Shown piece by piece: positions 39,565 through 53,859 of a DNA stretch of 64,000 nucleotides (its first letter is position 1; every line of letters begins with the position of its first letter). The stretch is from assembly GCA_951406725.2 (NCBI GenBank), contig OX597834.1:43648001-43712000 (forward strand). Direction: 5' to 3'. The notes under the pieces were generated by a model. It saw only the letters and a program-made list of their open reading frames with translations, searched no databases and was not told where the DNA came from. A program made the position numbers and the translations under genes. This DNA comes from Octopus vulgaris. Taxonomy: Eukaryota.

Positions 39565-40032
39565 GGTGGAGCCCCATAGCCATTCTGATTTCGTTTTCAA
39601 CATATTAACATGTGGAGGTTGAACTGCGTAAAATGTGAGAGAAAGAAACCAAGATGTGTCTTGCAATAAACACCATCCAGCTAATGTAAAAATCTTTTCA
39701 AGGGCCTTCAAAATGCTTTTGTGGATCACTAAATTACTATTTTGTCACGTGAACCCCTTTGATTACCATTCCATTCAGGTGGACCCCTTTAGCCTTTCCT
39801 ATTTTATTCTCAACACATTAACGCGTTAATTGAACTATATAAAATGTTGGCGAAAGAAACCTCACCGTTCCTTGCCAAACATACAAATACCTTCATCTAA
39901 TGTAAAAAAGAAATGTTCAGGGGCCTCTTAAAATTCTTTGTGGATCCCTAATTTACTATTTTCTTACGTGGACCCATAAAAATCCTATACGGACCCTCAG
40001 AAAGCATATGAACCCCGTTTGGGAAGCACTGC
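39565..40032 (+). mobile_element. hAT (Charlie-like) MITE relic with ~210-bp internal tandem duplication
   Basis: Two diverged units (~39565-39760 and ~39778-39975) ending in GAACCCCGTTTGGGAAGCACTG, resembling hAT-Charlie TIRs. Related copy at ~52030-52273 ends GGTTGAAAACTACTG. Confidence 0.55.
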
Positions 40033-41291
40033 TTTAGATTCTGCGCGTTGTGGCGATGGTGGTGATGAAGCTGCTGGTGGTGGTGGTGCCTTTAGGAAGG
40101 TTTTGCGTTTGTAAGGTTTAGCTTTCTTTGTTGACTCAGTGGCTGACCTAAGTGTAAGCAGCAACAACAACAACGACAGCAACATCGTCGTCGTCGTCGC
40201 CGGCATCATCATCATCATGAGGTGAATCAGCCATGGCAGACAGTCTAACAACCTAACGATTGTAATCAAAGAGGTGATCAGAAATATCAGACCAGGAATA
40301 TATCGATTCCATTAACAAGCTGGCCTAACATTTTACAGAATGTGATGATCAACGTTTTACTGACTGCACCCTTCACCGCCTTCTCTTTACCTTTGCCTTC
40401 TTTTCTCCTTTATCTTCCTCTTCCCTTCTCTTTCCCTTCTTCTCCTCCTCCGCCATTTCCTTTCCCTTCTTCTCCTCCCCCTCTTCTGTTGCCCTTTGTA
40501 TTTATCTTCCTCTGAAGCATCAATAGCTTCATTAGATCCGAGAACCGAGATAAACACTAACAATAATCACTCCAAAAGAGCAGCGATAACTGTCCTGCTT
40601 TATTCAATTCTGTCTCGTCCAACCCTTACAAGGCCACTTCAAGAATAGAACAAACGCCGAGCGAAGCCTCTACATGGTTGCATTTCATGCTAGGAATAAC
40701 AAACAAAAATCCCTCAAAACATACACAGCCCTTGTCTTTTTTTTTTTTTTTTTTCCTTAAAAACCCACTTTCAAAAACGGACGTTTTATGATATATCGTC
40801 CAGAAAATAGCACTCTTAAAAACACGAAAAACCAGCTGGGACGGTCATAGTTTGGAGCGTCTTGTCTCCTTAATCGTAGCTCCCTTAGGGCTAAACAATT
40901 TAGGGCTAAATACGACGGTAGAAAGTGTGGAAACGTTCAGAGAGAAACATTACAGTAATTATGAGTCACCATCGCTTGTCGGGGAAAAGCAAGGTATTCC
41001 TCGGTTAGGCAGAGAAACGAAGAATATTCAAAACAACAGATCTGTGGCTCACAACTAATTATACTACAAATTCCCAAAATATACGAATAGCTTACCTTGT
41101 TACATTGAACTTTATACTAATATCAGTGAAATGTCCTTCGCTTTTTAAATGATAAGGAGGGGATTTACCAATTATTTCTTGTATGTCAGATGACCGTGCT
41201 GAGATTATTTTTGGCTTCTTCGCTTATTGTTATTTTTATTACCGTCAATCCTTTTAAAAATATTATTATCATTATTATTATTATTAATATT

Positions 41292-41443
41292 GAGTGAGAG
41301 AGCAGTGCATGCCATCAAAGTGACACATGAGGTAAAATATACGAAGCCCAGCATACCCATCATGACTACACTTCTGATAAGGGTACACCAGGCACATGTA
41401 TCACAACCATATATGCGCGACATGGTGATCTCATATCAAGATA
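41292..41443 (-). mobile_element. Second, truncated copy of the (TAA)n-associated element at 4990-5540
   Basis: Clearly aligns to 4990-5137; preceded by (TAT)n at 41260-41290; interrupted by a family-A SINE. Confidence 0.8.
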
Positions 41444-41446
41444 CGG

Positions 41447-41775
41447 TCTGAGATCAAATTCCTCCGAGGTCGACTTTGCCTTTCATCCTTTCGGGGTCGA
41501 TTAAATAAGTACCAGCTACGCACTGGGGTCGATATAATCGACTTAATCTGTTTGTCTGTCCTTGCTTGACCTCTCTATGTTTAGTCCCTTGTGGGTAGTA
41601 AAGAAATAGGTATTTCGTTTGCCGCTACGTTCTGAGTTCAAATTCCGCCGAGGTCGACTTTGCCTTTCAGACTTTGGGAGTCGATGAATTAAGTACCAGT
41701 TGCGTACTGGGGTCGATCTAATCGACTGGTCCCTCCCACTAAATTTCGGGAATTGTGCCTAGAGTAGAAACGAAT
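41447..41775 (+). mobile_element. SINE family A, dimeric copy
   Basis: Two cores GAGGTCGACTTTGCCTTTCA separated by the first-monomer tail ending AAAGAAATA|GGTATTTCG. Confidence 0.9.
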
Positions 41776-42827
41776 ATTTAGTAGACTTCTTCCAACTCTT
41801 TGTTGTCGTACAGTTGGCTAGAAATAGCAGCCATGTGTTCCTCAAATGACAGTCTGTCACAGAGCAAAGAAAGTCATGTAACTCTACGACCCTCTGTATA
41901 ATATAATACCTGAAAAATAGAAGCGAGTGTCAAGTCTGAAAAAAATTGCATCAGAGGTCTTTCGTATCAGAGAAGACCTAAGGATGAATTTGAACAAATA
42001 AATCAATTACGTGTATGTGTGGAGGAAGAGAGAGAGTACAAGAGAGAGAGAGGGGGAGAGACAAACAGACAGACAAAGGGAGAGTTAGATATATATGTGT
42101 ATAAATGTAGATATAGATAAACGAATAGGGCTAAAGGAAATTTTTTCTGAGCTTCTCGTCGCTCCAAGAGTGAAAGACAACTGTCATATGTTTTAGTTCA
42201 ATGATAGAAATCTTGTCAAGAATGATGGATGAACTCTTATTGATTCCGTTTGTTTGGCTGTTTGGCTGTGTGTTTGTTTCATTTTATACACGAGCAGACA
42301 CACACACACAGACACACGCATGCACACACATATATTTATACACACACATATATATTCACCCACAGAGAAAGTGGCAGAAACGCATATATGCTTCTATGCC
42401 TGTGTGTATAAATATATGTGTGTATGTATATATATATATGTGTGTGAGTGTGCGCATGTGTGTGTGTGCACGTGTGTGCATATAAATATATATACATATA
42501 CGGATGTATATATATCTATATGTAGATGTATATGTATATGTAGAGACAAATATTAACGTATGTACGTATCTGTGCTTATAGTTATATATGTTTGTTTTTT
42601 ATACATAATGGACACTCTTGTTGTATTCAATGCATGAAGGCCAAAGAATTTTATATTTGTTCCTCCCATTCTTTTTCTTTTTCAGGATGACGTTGATAAA
42701 AAATGGAATTACCAAATCCTTTGCATAATCCGTACAGCGATTTGTTTAAAGTCTTGGGGACTTGTGAGGAAACAATCACACTTTTTAGTACGGCTGATAG
42801 CAACAGGTTGTGCAAGTATTTTTTTTA

Positions 42828-43220
42828 TTATTCTAGCCATAAGGCCCGAAATCTTTTCGAGGTTGGGCCAGTCTATTAGATTGACCCCAGTGCACAACGG
42901 GTACTTAATTTATCGACAGCGAAAGGATGAAAGATGCAGTCGACCTCGGTGGAAGTTGAACTCAGAACGTAGCGACGGGCGAAATACCTATTTCTTTACT
43001 ACCCACAAGGGGCTAAACACAGAGAGGACAAACAAGGACAGACAAACGGATTAAGTCGATTATATCGACCCCAGTGCGGAACTGGTACTTATTTAATCGA
43101 CCCCGAAAGGATGAAAGGCAAAGTCGACCTCGGCGGAATTTGAACTCAGAATGTAAAGACAGACGAAATACTGCTAAGCATTTCGCCTGGCGTGCTAACG
43201 TTTCTGCCAGCTCACCGCCT
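42828..43220 (-). mobile_element. SINE family A, dimeric copy
   Basis: Reverse complement of the 41447-41775 architecture, plus the complete head. Confidence 0.9.
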
Positions 43221-43397
43221 GACAGATGGTACAAGTATATCACGATCCTGATAAACAGCAAACCTCAACCGGATCACCGTTGACTCTTATTGGTTCTACC
43301 GCTCTACAACGGGTTCTGTTTTTCATCCCACAAAAGGTTTCTGTATTTCATCCCTCAGCGTCTCCAAGTTTGGTGGGGATACCAGATTTTATACATA

Positions 43398-44066
43398 TAC
43401 TGGGTTGGCAAAAAAGTAATTTCGGTTTCCCAGTTTAAAATACAAGTCATTATTGTTTTTACTTAAAAAATTAAACTTGAATCAATTATATATTTTCCAT
43501 TTTGTTTGAGGACATTTTGCCATTGTTTTGGCAACTCCATGATTCTGGTTCTTATCAGCCAAAAACGGAAGCAAATCTGATTTCAGGTCATCATCATTAT
43601 TGAAAGTTTTACAATTGAAATAAATGGTATTCTTCGAAATAAATGCTAAACTTCGAAATAAATGGTAATCTGATGGTGCGAGGTCAGGGCTATATGGTGG
43701 ATGTGACATCACTCCCCAACTAAGCTCCAGTAATTTTTCACGAGTTAGCAAATACATGTGTGGCCTATCGCTGTCATGGTGGAACACGATTCCTTTACGA
43801 TTTGCCAATTGTGGCTGTTTTTTCTTTGATTGCTTCCTCCACTTTCATTAGTTACTGAGAGTAAATATCTGAATTGATCGTTTGGTTCCTTGGGAGCAGC
43901 TCAAGATACACAACACCTTTGTAATCCCACCAAATTGACAGCATGACCTTTGTTTGATGCAATTTAGCTTTCGATGTGGTCCATGCTGGATCATTACGCC
44001 CAGACCATGATCGTTTTCGATTGATGTTATTGTGACAACCCATTTTTCATCACCATGACCGTTATA
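43398..44066 (-). mobile_element. Mariner (DD34D, Hsmar1/cecropia-like) 3' half with TIR; transposase pseudogene
   Basis: GDEKW, KVMLSIWWDYKGVVYLELLP, FHHDSDRPH and HPPYSPDLAPSDYHLFRSL in broken frames. TIR TA-CTGGGTTGGCAAAAAAGTAATTTCGG at 43398-43425 resembles the Hsmar1 TIR. Confidence 0.92.
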
Positions 44067-44295
44067 CAAAGGGAAATTATTGTGCGATTGACCGTTAAGA
44101 CAAAAGAGCTATTTGAATGACCGCTAAGTGAAGGGAGGGAGTAAAAGTAAGGGGATAAGAAGTTTATAGTATTCACGTAAGCGAGCATGTTCATACCTAC
44201 ACATGCGCGCCCACACACCCACGTACGTGCGCCTAAAAGTATACATTCATCCACCCTCACTTGAAACGTGCACATCCTCACCCGCACCATTCGGG

Positions 44296-44327
<32 letters not shown>

Positions 44328-45550
44328 ACAACCCCACACACACACACACATACATATATGTCATAGCAGAGAACACTTGCCCAAGGTGCTACCCTGTGAG
44401 ACCGAATCCAGAGACATGTGGTTGGGAAGCAAGCTTCTTACCACACAGCCACGCTCGCGCCTATACTATACGCTTGTGCTTAATACATGTAAACAAATGA
44501 TTTGTAAATCAGATACGGTCGCAAGATAACTTGTACAAATGGGTTGCATAATGAACCTGAGGAATTCCGTATCGAGATATTTATACGCAATATTTCAATC
44601 TTTTACATACTGGGACATTGCCTTCAAGGGTTTTGTCGAATAAATCGACTCACAAACTTGTTTTTAAGCCTGGTGCGAATCGCAAACTACGGGATTCTCT
44701 CAGTTTCCAGCTTGCAAATTCACTTATAAATCGTTGCTCGACCCGAGGCACAATGCTGGAGAGAAACTATTCCACCATAAGCTACGAATTAGCGAGTGTC
44801 CTCAGCGTTTAATTAACTTCAAATGAGATACTCAAAGAGCAGTTACATCGAGGAATATAACTGCTGTCGATTCCAAGTCTTTATTTCGATATGTTTGGTT
44901 CTGTTAGAGAACTACAAAAAATAGAAGAAAAAAAACCATATCTGTTAATGAAGGCTCATCAGCAAATGTGAATGGTTTATATGGTTTGCGGAGAAGTTTG
45001 TATACGGCACGAATAGTTGATACTGTACGGAAAAAGCCGGAAATATCTAACAACACAACAGCGGAAATTGCTAAAAACTACAACAACAACAGCAACAGAA
45101 AACTATACCAGCATCAACAGCAGCAGCAGTATCAGCATCAGCAGCAGCAGCGGAGCGGAAGAGCATCAAATAAAAAGAGTGAATTAGATTGAAAGTAATA
45201 AATCTAAGCATAGAAAAATAAATAAGAATAAAGTGATGAAGAAATAACGGAATGAAGAGTTTGCCTTATAGAAAGGGAGTAAAAAGCATTTTTAAATACT
45301 TATATGTGTGTGTGTGTGAGGCCGTGTGTGTGCATGTGTGTGTATATATGTGCGTGTGTCGATTATTCGTGAGTGTATAGTGATGTATAGGTTCTTGTTT
45401 AGTCTTTGCAAATGTACTGTTTATGTACCATACAAACACACATATACATATACACATACACACAAGCATATATATATATATATATACAATGTATTATAAA
45501 TATATACACACATTTATATATACATATGCATATCTATAATATGTACATAT

Positions 45551-45601
<51 letters not shown>

Positions 45602-45629
45602 TATATCTATCTATGTATCTATCTATCTA

Positions 45630-45714
<85 letters not shown>

Positions 45715-46253
45715 CTATGTATGTACATATGTATGTAAGTGTGTGCATTTGTGAATGCGTATAAGGATGTATGTTTGCATGTTTTTATGCATACAAATGT
45801 GTGTGTGCAGTACATGTGTGTGTGTGTTTGTGTGTTTGTGTGTGTGCAGTACATGTGTGTGTGTTTGTGTGTGTGTTTGTAGATGTGTCAGGTAATGGGC
45901 AGCATTCCGAGAACATAACCAAATGATTTTAAAAAGCTTTTAAGCGCTAAAATCAGAACCTCACTTGTGGTAATGTAGTGGCAACGAACTACCAATTTGG
46001 AGATGGAATTCTTGGCAAACGCTCCTCCCTCCCTCTCACGCTTTATTTCTATCACTTTATTACTATCAATCTTCACATATACATACATACATAGAGGTGT
46101 GAGTGTGTGTAGGTGTATCTGTGTGTGTGTTTGTATGCATGCGTATGTGTATGTACAATTTTCTATTGCTCGCTTTTCTACCCTGTGCTCCCACTATCAC
46201 ACCGCCTTTGTTTCTGAGCATATGAGAGTATGTGGGTCTGTGTGTGTGAGTGA

Positions 46254-46290
<37 letters not shown>

Positions 46291-46566
46291 AATGTGTGGG
46301 TGTGTATACATATACGTATGTGTATGTCCTTGTGAGTGGTGCATGTGCGTACATGCATGTATATATATATATATATTTCTATTCCGGAAAATACTGCAAA
46401 GAGAAATTATTTGTCAGGATTGGGAAAGAGAAAAAAAAATCTTTAAAAAAATAATAATATATATATTATCTACCTTAGCTATATTTCTTGTTTCGGTGAA
46501 TAAAAGCTTATGCATTATCGTTATGCATATTTATACATGTGATATCCATTATGCACAAAGACGTAT

Positions 46567-46663
<97 letters not shown>

Positions 46664-46823
46664 TTATATATATGCATATATATATATATATATACATACA
46701 TATCTATATATGTATATATATATATATATACATATATTTAGATATGGACAAATGTAAAGATGTGTATGCGTGTGTGTGAGTTAATGCGTGTTTGAGGGTC
46801 TATGTATCTATCAATATGACTTC

Positions 46824-46872
<49 letters not shown>

Positions 46873-47024
46873 TAAGCTACTGAAAGCATTCCTGCTTAAC
46901 TGTGTTTATATGTGAATATAGAATGTATAAAATAAGCTCATGAATATTCAGTGCAAGACGTACAGCCATAACAGTAACATTGCATGCACAGTTATATACT
47001 ATAGAATGCATGTATATATATATA

Positions 47025-47060
<36 letters not shown>

Positions 47061-47854
47061 CACTTGTGCGCGCACGCATACACACACGTACACACGCACA
47101 CTCACTCGTATACAGTCATAGAGATACAACAGAGAGTGGGAGAGATAGATAGATAGATAGATAGATAGATCGATAGAGAGAGAAATAGAGAGAGAGAGAG
47201 AGATTGATAGACAGACGGACAGACAGACAGACAGACAACCAGACAGACAGACAGATAGAGTAAGACATAGATAGGTAGAAAGACAGATAGAAACATACAT
47301 ACATATATACATGCTATAGATGCTATACATGCAACTCATATGCATGTATGTATATACATAGGTATTCATTTGATGCGTTAGAATGTCATAAATATATGAT
47401 ATACATTGTACATATATCGTTCATGATGCATGCACTTATACACCCAAACTTACATATTTCCAAATACATACATGCATGTGTAACAACAATATATATATAC
47501 ACACACACACACACACAAGATACGTATATCTTTAAATATTTTGGATCAATACCCATGTGGGTGTATATGTGTGTATGTTTCTGCAATCGTTTGTATTCCC
47601 AAACATTCACTGTCTTTCAATTTTGGTTTATTCGTGAAATTTCAACCCTCGGGCTGAATGCCATGTTGGAGCCATGTTTTCAATGCTGACCGCTCAATAT
47701 TTCTTCTGTTATCTTTGCTCTGCGGTCACTGGCGTCCATGTTTCTTTGCTATCAATTTGTTTTTCATTTTTAATTTTTGCCTTATTTCGTTTTTGTAATA
47801 TTTTGCCGAGTCGTTTTTTTCAGGTCGTAGGATATAGTTCATCTTTCTTTTTCA

Positions 47855-48076
47855 TTTTTCTACATGTTTCGATCATTTCACTGCGGCCATACTGGAGCAA
47901 TTCCTTGAAGAGTTTTGCTCGAATAAATCGACCATAAGATTTATAGTTTTGTTAAATCCTAGTATTTATTCTATCGTCCCCTAAGTTGCGGAGGCGTAAA
48001 CACACAAACACCGGCTGTCAAGTGGTAGTGGGTGACCAACACAGACGCAAAGATACACACACACATAGATATATAC

Positions 48077-48142
<66 letters not shown>

Positions 48143-48145
48143 ATG

Positions 48146-48188
<43 letters not shown>

Positions 48189-48345
48189 GACGGGCTTCTT
48201 TTAGTTTCCGTCTATCAAATCCACTCACAAGGCTTTGGTTGGCGCGAGGCTATACTAGAAGACACTTGCCCAAGGTGCCGCACAGTAGGACTGAAACCGG
48301 AACCAATGTGGCTGGGAGGCAAGCTACTTACTACACACCTACATC
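47855..48345 (-). mobile_element. Full-length SINE family C with expanded internal microsatellite
   Basis: Tail ~47855-48050, (TA)/(GT) array 48055-48187, head 48188-48345. Confidence 0.85.
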
Positions 48346-49394
48346 AGCGTCCAATGCCACGGATTATATTATTCATAACTGTCGAGTTTAGAGCAATTGT
48401 TTGAATTGCTTGTCGTTTTCAAAGACAATTATATAATCTTGAATTCTTAAATGTTTTACTACAATATAGATTCTTTTTGTGTAATCCTTAAAAAATGAAG
48501 ATTGTGTGTCAAACCTTCAGCTTCATTCGTTCTACCTGGAGGAACTTTAAACTGAATCCGTAAAGAATTACCCTAGAAAATGGTATTATTCGATTCATGC
48601 TTTTCATTACTTATGCAGTAATCACACACAGACGTCTTCAGTTAAGTTAAATCTTTTTTCCCCGCAATATGTATTTTTTCCGCAGTTTTTGCCCTTATTT
48701 TATTGCAAAATATCATGCTACGATTTGAAGGCGATTTGGTTAACATTTCTCGCATATCGAGTGATTTTCTAACGATTCGCTTGTTAATTCGATGAGGCTG
48801 TGTAGTTTCTAAGTAAACACGTGTATGCAACTGGCATTGTTGATTAAGTAGAATCGATAGGCACTCAAGCGACATTGAATATAATGATGGATATATTGAT
48901 GGATATATCGATGAGTAAGAGGTGAAAAAGCCCCGTTAGTAGGTCTGAAACCTAATCTTATTGTATTATTTGTAGTGGTTTATAACCTCAATTGTGTGTT
49001 TAAAAAAAACATGTTAAATAAGAGGTTTTAGTGCCTCCTTCTTCTAAGAGGTTTGAAACCTCATATTGATGTTTAAAAAACAGAAAATATGTTTTCGCGA
49101 AAAATCCAATCGGCGGGTGTTGGGTTTCGTCTCTCATTTATTCATTTTATTTCATTTTCATTCATTAATGTGTTTGTCCAGCCCGCAAAGCTACACAATC
49201 TTTGTACTGTCTTCATGAAAAATTTAAGGAAATAAAGTAGAAGCTAGTTTACAAACTGATGTTTATAAAGTAAAGCTTCAGCTAATTTCCAGTAAGGCCG
49301 TGGAATCTAAATATATTCAAAGAACACTTGATGCAAACGATAATGTCTTCAGAATACGTTTCAAATCTTTAGGAATTATTAAACATTTCCTATG

Positions 49395-49680
49395 AAGGCG
49401 CGACGCTTAGTGGTTAAGACATTCAGTTGTCCACGATTTTATGATCGTGAGTTCGATTCCTGGCGGTACGATGTGTTTCTTGAGCAAGGCACTTTATTTC
49501 ACGTTGCTCCAGTCCATTCAGTTACCGAAGATCAGTTCTGCTTGTAATTCAAAGGGCCAGCCTTTTAACGCTGAATCTCACTGAAAACTATGTTATGGGA
49601 AGGCGAGTTTGCAGAGTGATCAATCACTTGCAAGCTGTTCCATTGATCAGATAGTAGGCCCTTCCTTCAGTGGATGAAAA
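49395..49680 (+). mobile_element. SINE family D
   Basis: tRNA-like head (CTTAGTGGTTAAG...GAGTTCGATTCC) and CORE-like TTGAGCAAGGCACTTTATTTCACGTTGCTCCAGTCCA; homologous to 50275-50575. Confidence 0.75.
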
Positions 49681-49894
49681 CGTCCTGGATATTGGTAAAA
49701 CCTCTAATGATCTGCACAGTTTATAATCTTTCTTTATGATAATTTCGAAGATATGAAATAGCTGACAAGGCATATACACAATTGTCTGTAATTTACTGCC
49801 AAATTGATGCATTTGTGTTTCTCTCAGCAACATGTTGGGATTTCAAAGTCAGGAGAGCAATAGTAAGTCCTTATTTTAGTTTAATATTATAATG

Positions 49895-50575
49895 ACGCTC
49901 AGAGATCAAATTTCACCGAGGTCGAGTTGAATTTTTCTATTCTTTCGGGGTCGATAAAATAAGTACCAGATGAGCACTAAGGTCGATGGGATCGACTTAC
50001 CTCCCACATCCCACGAAACTGCTGGCCTTGTGCTAAAATTAGAAACTAATATTATAATGAATTTCAAGACAGCGAGCTGGCAGAATGGATAGCATGTCAG
50101 CCAAAATGCTTAGCGGTATTTCGTCTGCCGTTACGTTCTGAGTTTAAATTCCGCCGAGGTCGACTTTGCATTTCATCCTTTCGGGGTCGATAAATGAAGT
50201 ACCAGTTACGCACTGGGGTCGATGTAATCGACTTAATCCCTTTGTTTGTCCTTGTTTCTCCCCTCTATGTTAGAGTATTCGGCTCATGTTTGTAAGGTTG
50301 TGAGTTCGATTCCTGGCGATGCGTTGTAGCCTTGAGCAAGATATTTAATTTCACGTTGTTCCAGTCCACTCAGCTGGCAAAAAATGAGTAGTACCTGTAT
50401 TTCAAAGGGTTAACCTTGTCACATTCTGTGTAACGCTGAATCTCCCTGAGAACTACATTAAACGTACGCGTGTCTGCGGAGTCCTCAGCCATATGCACAT
50501 CAATTCCATAAATAAGGCTGTACCATTGACCGAATCAACTTGAACACTTTTCGTCGTGACCGACGGATTACCAGT
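49895..50575 (+). mobile_element. SINE cluster: two family-A copies followed by a family-D copy
   Basis: Family A at ~49895-50050 and 50069-50270; family D at ~50275-50575. Confidence 0.8.
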
Positions 50576-50894
50576 TAACCCGACGTCTACCTTTGATCGA
50601 GTAGGGATATAATCCCTGCTGTTCCATCCATGACCATATTGTTCATTTATACAACCAAACCTCCATTGTTTGAATACATCCTTCCTTTCTTATTTCTAAA
50701 ACCGTGGGTTGAGGCTTAAAAGGATTTGGCTGCTATTTCCAGCAGATGGAGCTACCATATGGAGCCTCTCTAATTGGCAAAGTAATACGATACGAGTATG
50801 TTGTGTTGCGGTGTTAGAAATAAGAATGCACAACCCTGATTACAAATAACAATTGGTGAAGGCATCTTTAGGGGATCAAATATATGAAAGCAGA

Positions 50895-51165
50895 AAGATT
50901 AATTTTCTGCCATTCAGGAATTTTGTTGTTTTGTTTTTTAACTTCTGAAACAAGAGGCGGAGTTAATCATCCCAAACTGTTTCTGGTCAATGTCTGCCTT
51001 AGTGTGAGAGCCTAATTACTGTATTGTATTTATTTAGGGTAGAAGAAAGAGGGTCATAGCTAATATCTGGTTTAGCTCACTAATTGAAACTGGACAGCTA
51101 ATCTAATTTAATCCACGCCTTAGCACTAGATTACGCCAGAGTTTATTGACACTAATCTGAAACGT
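50895..51165. promoter_or_regulatory. Candidate homeodomain-site cluster enhancer
   Basis: Dense TAAT cores including TAATCA, CTAATTA, CTAATTG, CTAATCTAATTTAATCC and CTAATCT in a repeat-free island. Confidence 0.3.
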
Positions 51166-51712
51166 AAGTGAAAGCCAAAATATTTAGCCTAAAGATACTT
51201 TGTGTGTATGAAAAGAAACGGAATGACTTTACTTGATTAAACCCTAAATTGGACTCGTCTTGTGAGCGTGTGTACGTCTATGGTTATATTGGTGTGTACG
51301 TGGGTGTAAGTACAGAAAGAGATAGAGAGAGAGAAAGAAAGGGAGAAAGAGAAAGTGAAAGAGAGAGATTGAAATGGAGAAAGAGATTGATAGATGGAGA
51401 GGGAGATAGACACGGGGAGAGGAAGACGGTGAGAGAGAGAAGGAGAGAGGTTGTTTGATTGACTCAGATAAAACGAAAGCAATATAAGATATTGCTCCAA
51501 TATTCGTGCTCTGCATGAAAATAAAGACGGGTTTCTAAATTGAAAATAATAACAACAATAAAGATTTCTAACAGAGGCAGAAGACCACAAATTAATCGAG
51601 CGAAATAATGATTACCTAAGGTGTTCCGACCGTGACCATCCCGTATTTTATTCTGTTACAATGAATAACAGAACTACACGATTCCAGTCTGTCATTCATT
51701 CATCAAAGTTAA

Positions 51713-51995
51713 ATGTGATTTGAAGGTGGGAAATTTCGGCTGCTCTTTCTAGCAAGTTACATGACCACCGAAGAACCTCCCCACCTCCGATCTCTCCTTC
51801 GTTGGCTCGTTTTCCGTAACATTACATTTAACTGTGATAGCATAAATATTCTTCCCGTATGTGATTTGAAGGTGGGAAATTTCGGCTGTTCTTTCTAGCA
51901 TGTCACATGACCACAGAAGAACCTCCCCACCTCCGATCTCTCCCTCGTTCACACGTTAACATTACATATTCCGTAACATTACATTTAACTGTGAT
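51713..51995. repeat. Local tandem duplication (~146-bp period)
   Basis: ATGTGATTTGAAGGTGGGAAATTTCGGCTG...GAAGAACCTCCCCACCTCCGATCTCTCC...TTCCGTAACATTACATTTAACTGTGATA at 51713-51839 and 51859-51995. Confidence 0.9.
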
Positions 51996-53859
51996 ACCAC
52001 TAGTTTGCTGGTACTGATAGAACATTCCTCTTTCGTTTTTCGCACATTAACATATATAGGCTGAACTAGGTAAAATATTAAAAAAAGAAACCTGACTGTT
52101 TTCTGCAATAAATATATCTAAAGCAAAATTTGTTAGGGGCTCTTAAAATACCATTGTGGATCACCGATTTATTATTATTATTTTTTTTTTTTTTTTGCGT
52201 TCACCCCCCCCCAAAAAAAAAAAATCTTATATGGATTCTTAGAAGCCATACGAGCCACGGTTGAAAACTACTGATCGAGACCTTGTGTCCTAAGTTACCC
52301 TCGTTATCAGAAATACGTACCAGATCGCAAGGTACTTAGCCACGAGAGGAGACTTATCTATTATTTGTTTAACGACCTAAAACTGATCTTAAGTACCGTT
52401 CTTCGACACCCCGACCTACAAAGCTAAGTTGACATATACATTTGCTAAAACAGGCAGGGCTCTGTTCAATGTTGTTTGAGCAACACACAAAAAAATAGCG
52501 ACTCACAGTATTATCTTACTTAGAAATTACATACCAATATTTATGATGGTGGCTGTTTTCTCTCAGAGATTTATCACTAAGGAAATTAGGGAAAGCGGTT
52601 AGCGCTCTCAGAAGTGAAATGATGTGATGTCATCTGATGTGATCTGATAGGACGTGGATACGTACAAATAAATATAACTGGGGTTGTACACGTCTCACAG
52701 ATTCTGTTTTAATTGGAATGGACGTTGCTGTTGTATATTTTTGTAATATGTTTTCAAAAGAAGCAAAAGAAATGTGACTTCATTGACAGAGAAATACAAG
52801 AGGAAACCAGTTGGTCTGGGTTTGAAAGTAGATTAGATTAATTTACAACAGTATGCTAATATCTTTGACAGGGCTGCAAGCGATACAGGCTTTTAATTGC
52901 CCCAAATATGTGACATTTCCGTGTTTATTACTAATGAGAAAATGAGAAAATATAAGTTGTAGTCAGCAGCGGGGCGGAGTGGAGGTTCCCCTGGAGAAGA
53001 GAACTATTCTAATAAGATGCTTTTCCTTTCTTTTGTATATAAATACCTACACACACACACACACACACACACATATATTCACTATGTATATGTATACATG
53101 TGTGTTTATGTATGAATAAATATGTATATATATATGCACATATTATATATATATATATATATATGTATGTGTATATATAGATATATATGCATGTATTTAT
53201 ACACAGACACACACTCACGTACACACACATACACACATGCACACACATATACACACATACATACAAACATACACACATACACACATACACACAAACATAC
53301 ACACATACACACAAACATATACACATGCACAAACATGCATACACATACACACACATGCATACACATACACACATACATAAACACATACACACATACATAC
53401 ACACATACACACAAACATACACACATATACACAAACACATGCACACGCGTGCACACACACACACACACACACACACATAGTGAATAAGTAAAAGGCCTTT
53501 GTAGACATATTTTCGTGTTGAAACACGACTACAGCTGGGTGACAGATTGAAAGTATTAAAACAGAGAACAGAAACAAATATTGAAAGAGGGGAGGGGGGA
53601 AACTATTTTCTTTTCAAAAACTAATAAAAAATAGTAGAAAAAAAAAAAGAAGAAAAAGCAGAAAGCATACGGCTTACAGCTGAGTTAACATTTCAGAAAT
53701 TTCTAAATTAAATAAATGAAGCCATAGAAAATGGTAATGTTTAATCACCAACAAATAGAAATATTGCAGAATTAGGATTTCGCTTCAATTTCGGATTTTC
53801 GTAGGATCCCGCTGCTATTTTGTATGATCGTATTTTGATTTTCATTTTTTTTGTGTGAC

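Noticed and set aside
39997-40269. Minus ORF with basic/Pro-rich segment (KKAKPYKRKTFLKAPPPP)
   Set aside because: Built largely from short triplet repeats, ends inside a MITE relic, and has no domain or splice support.
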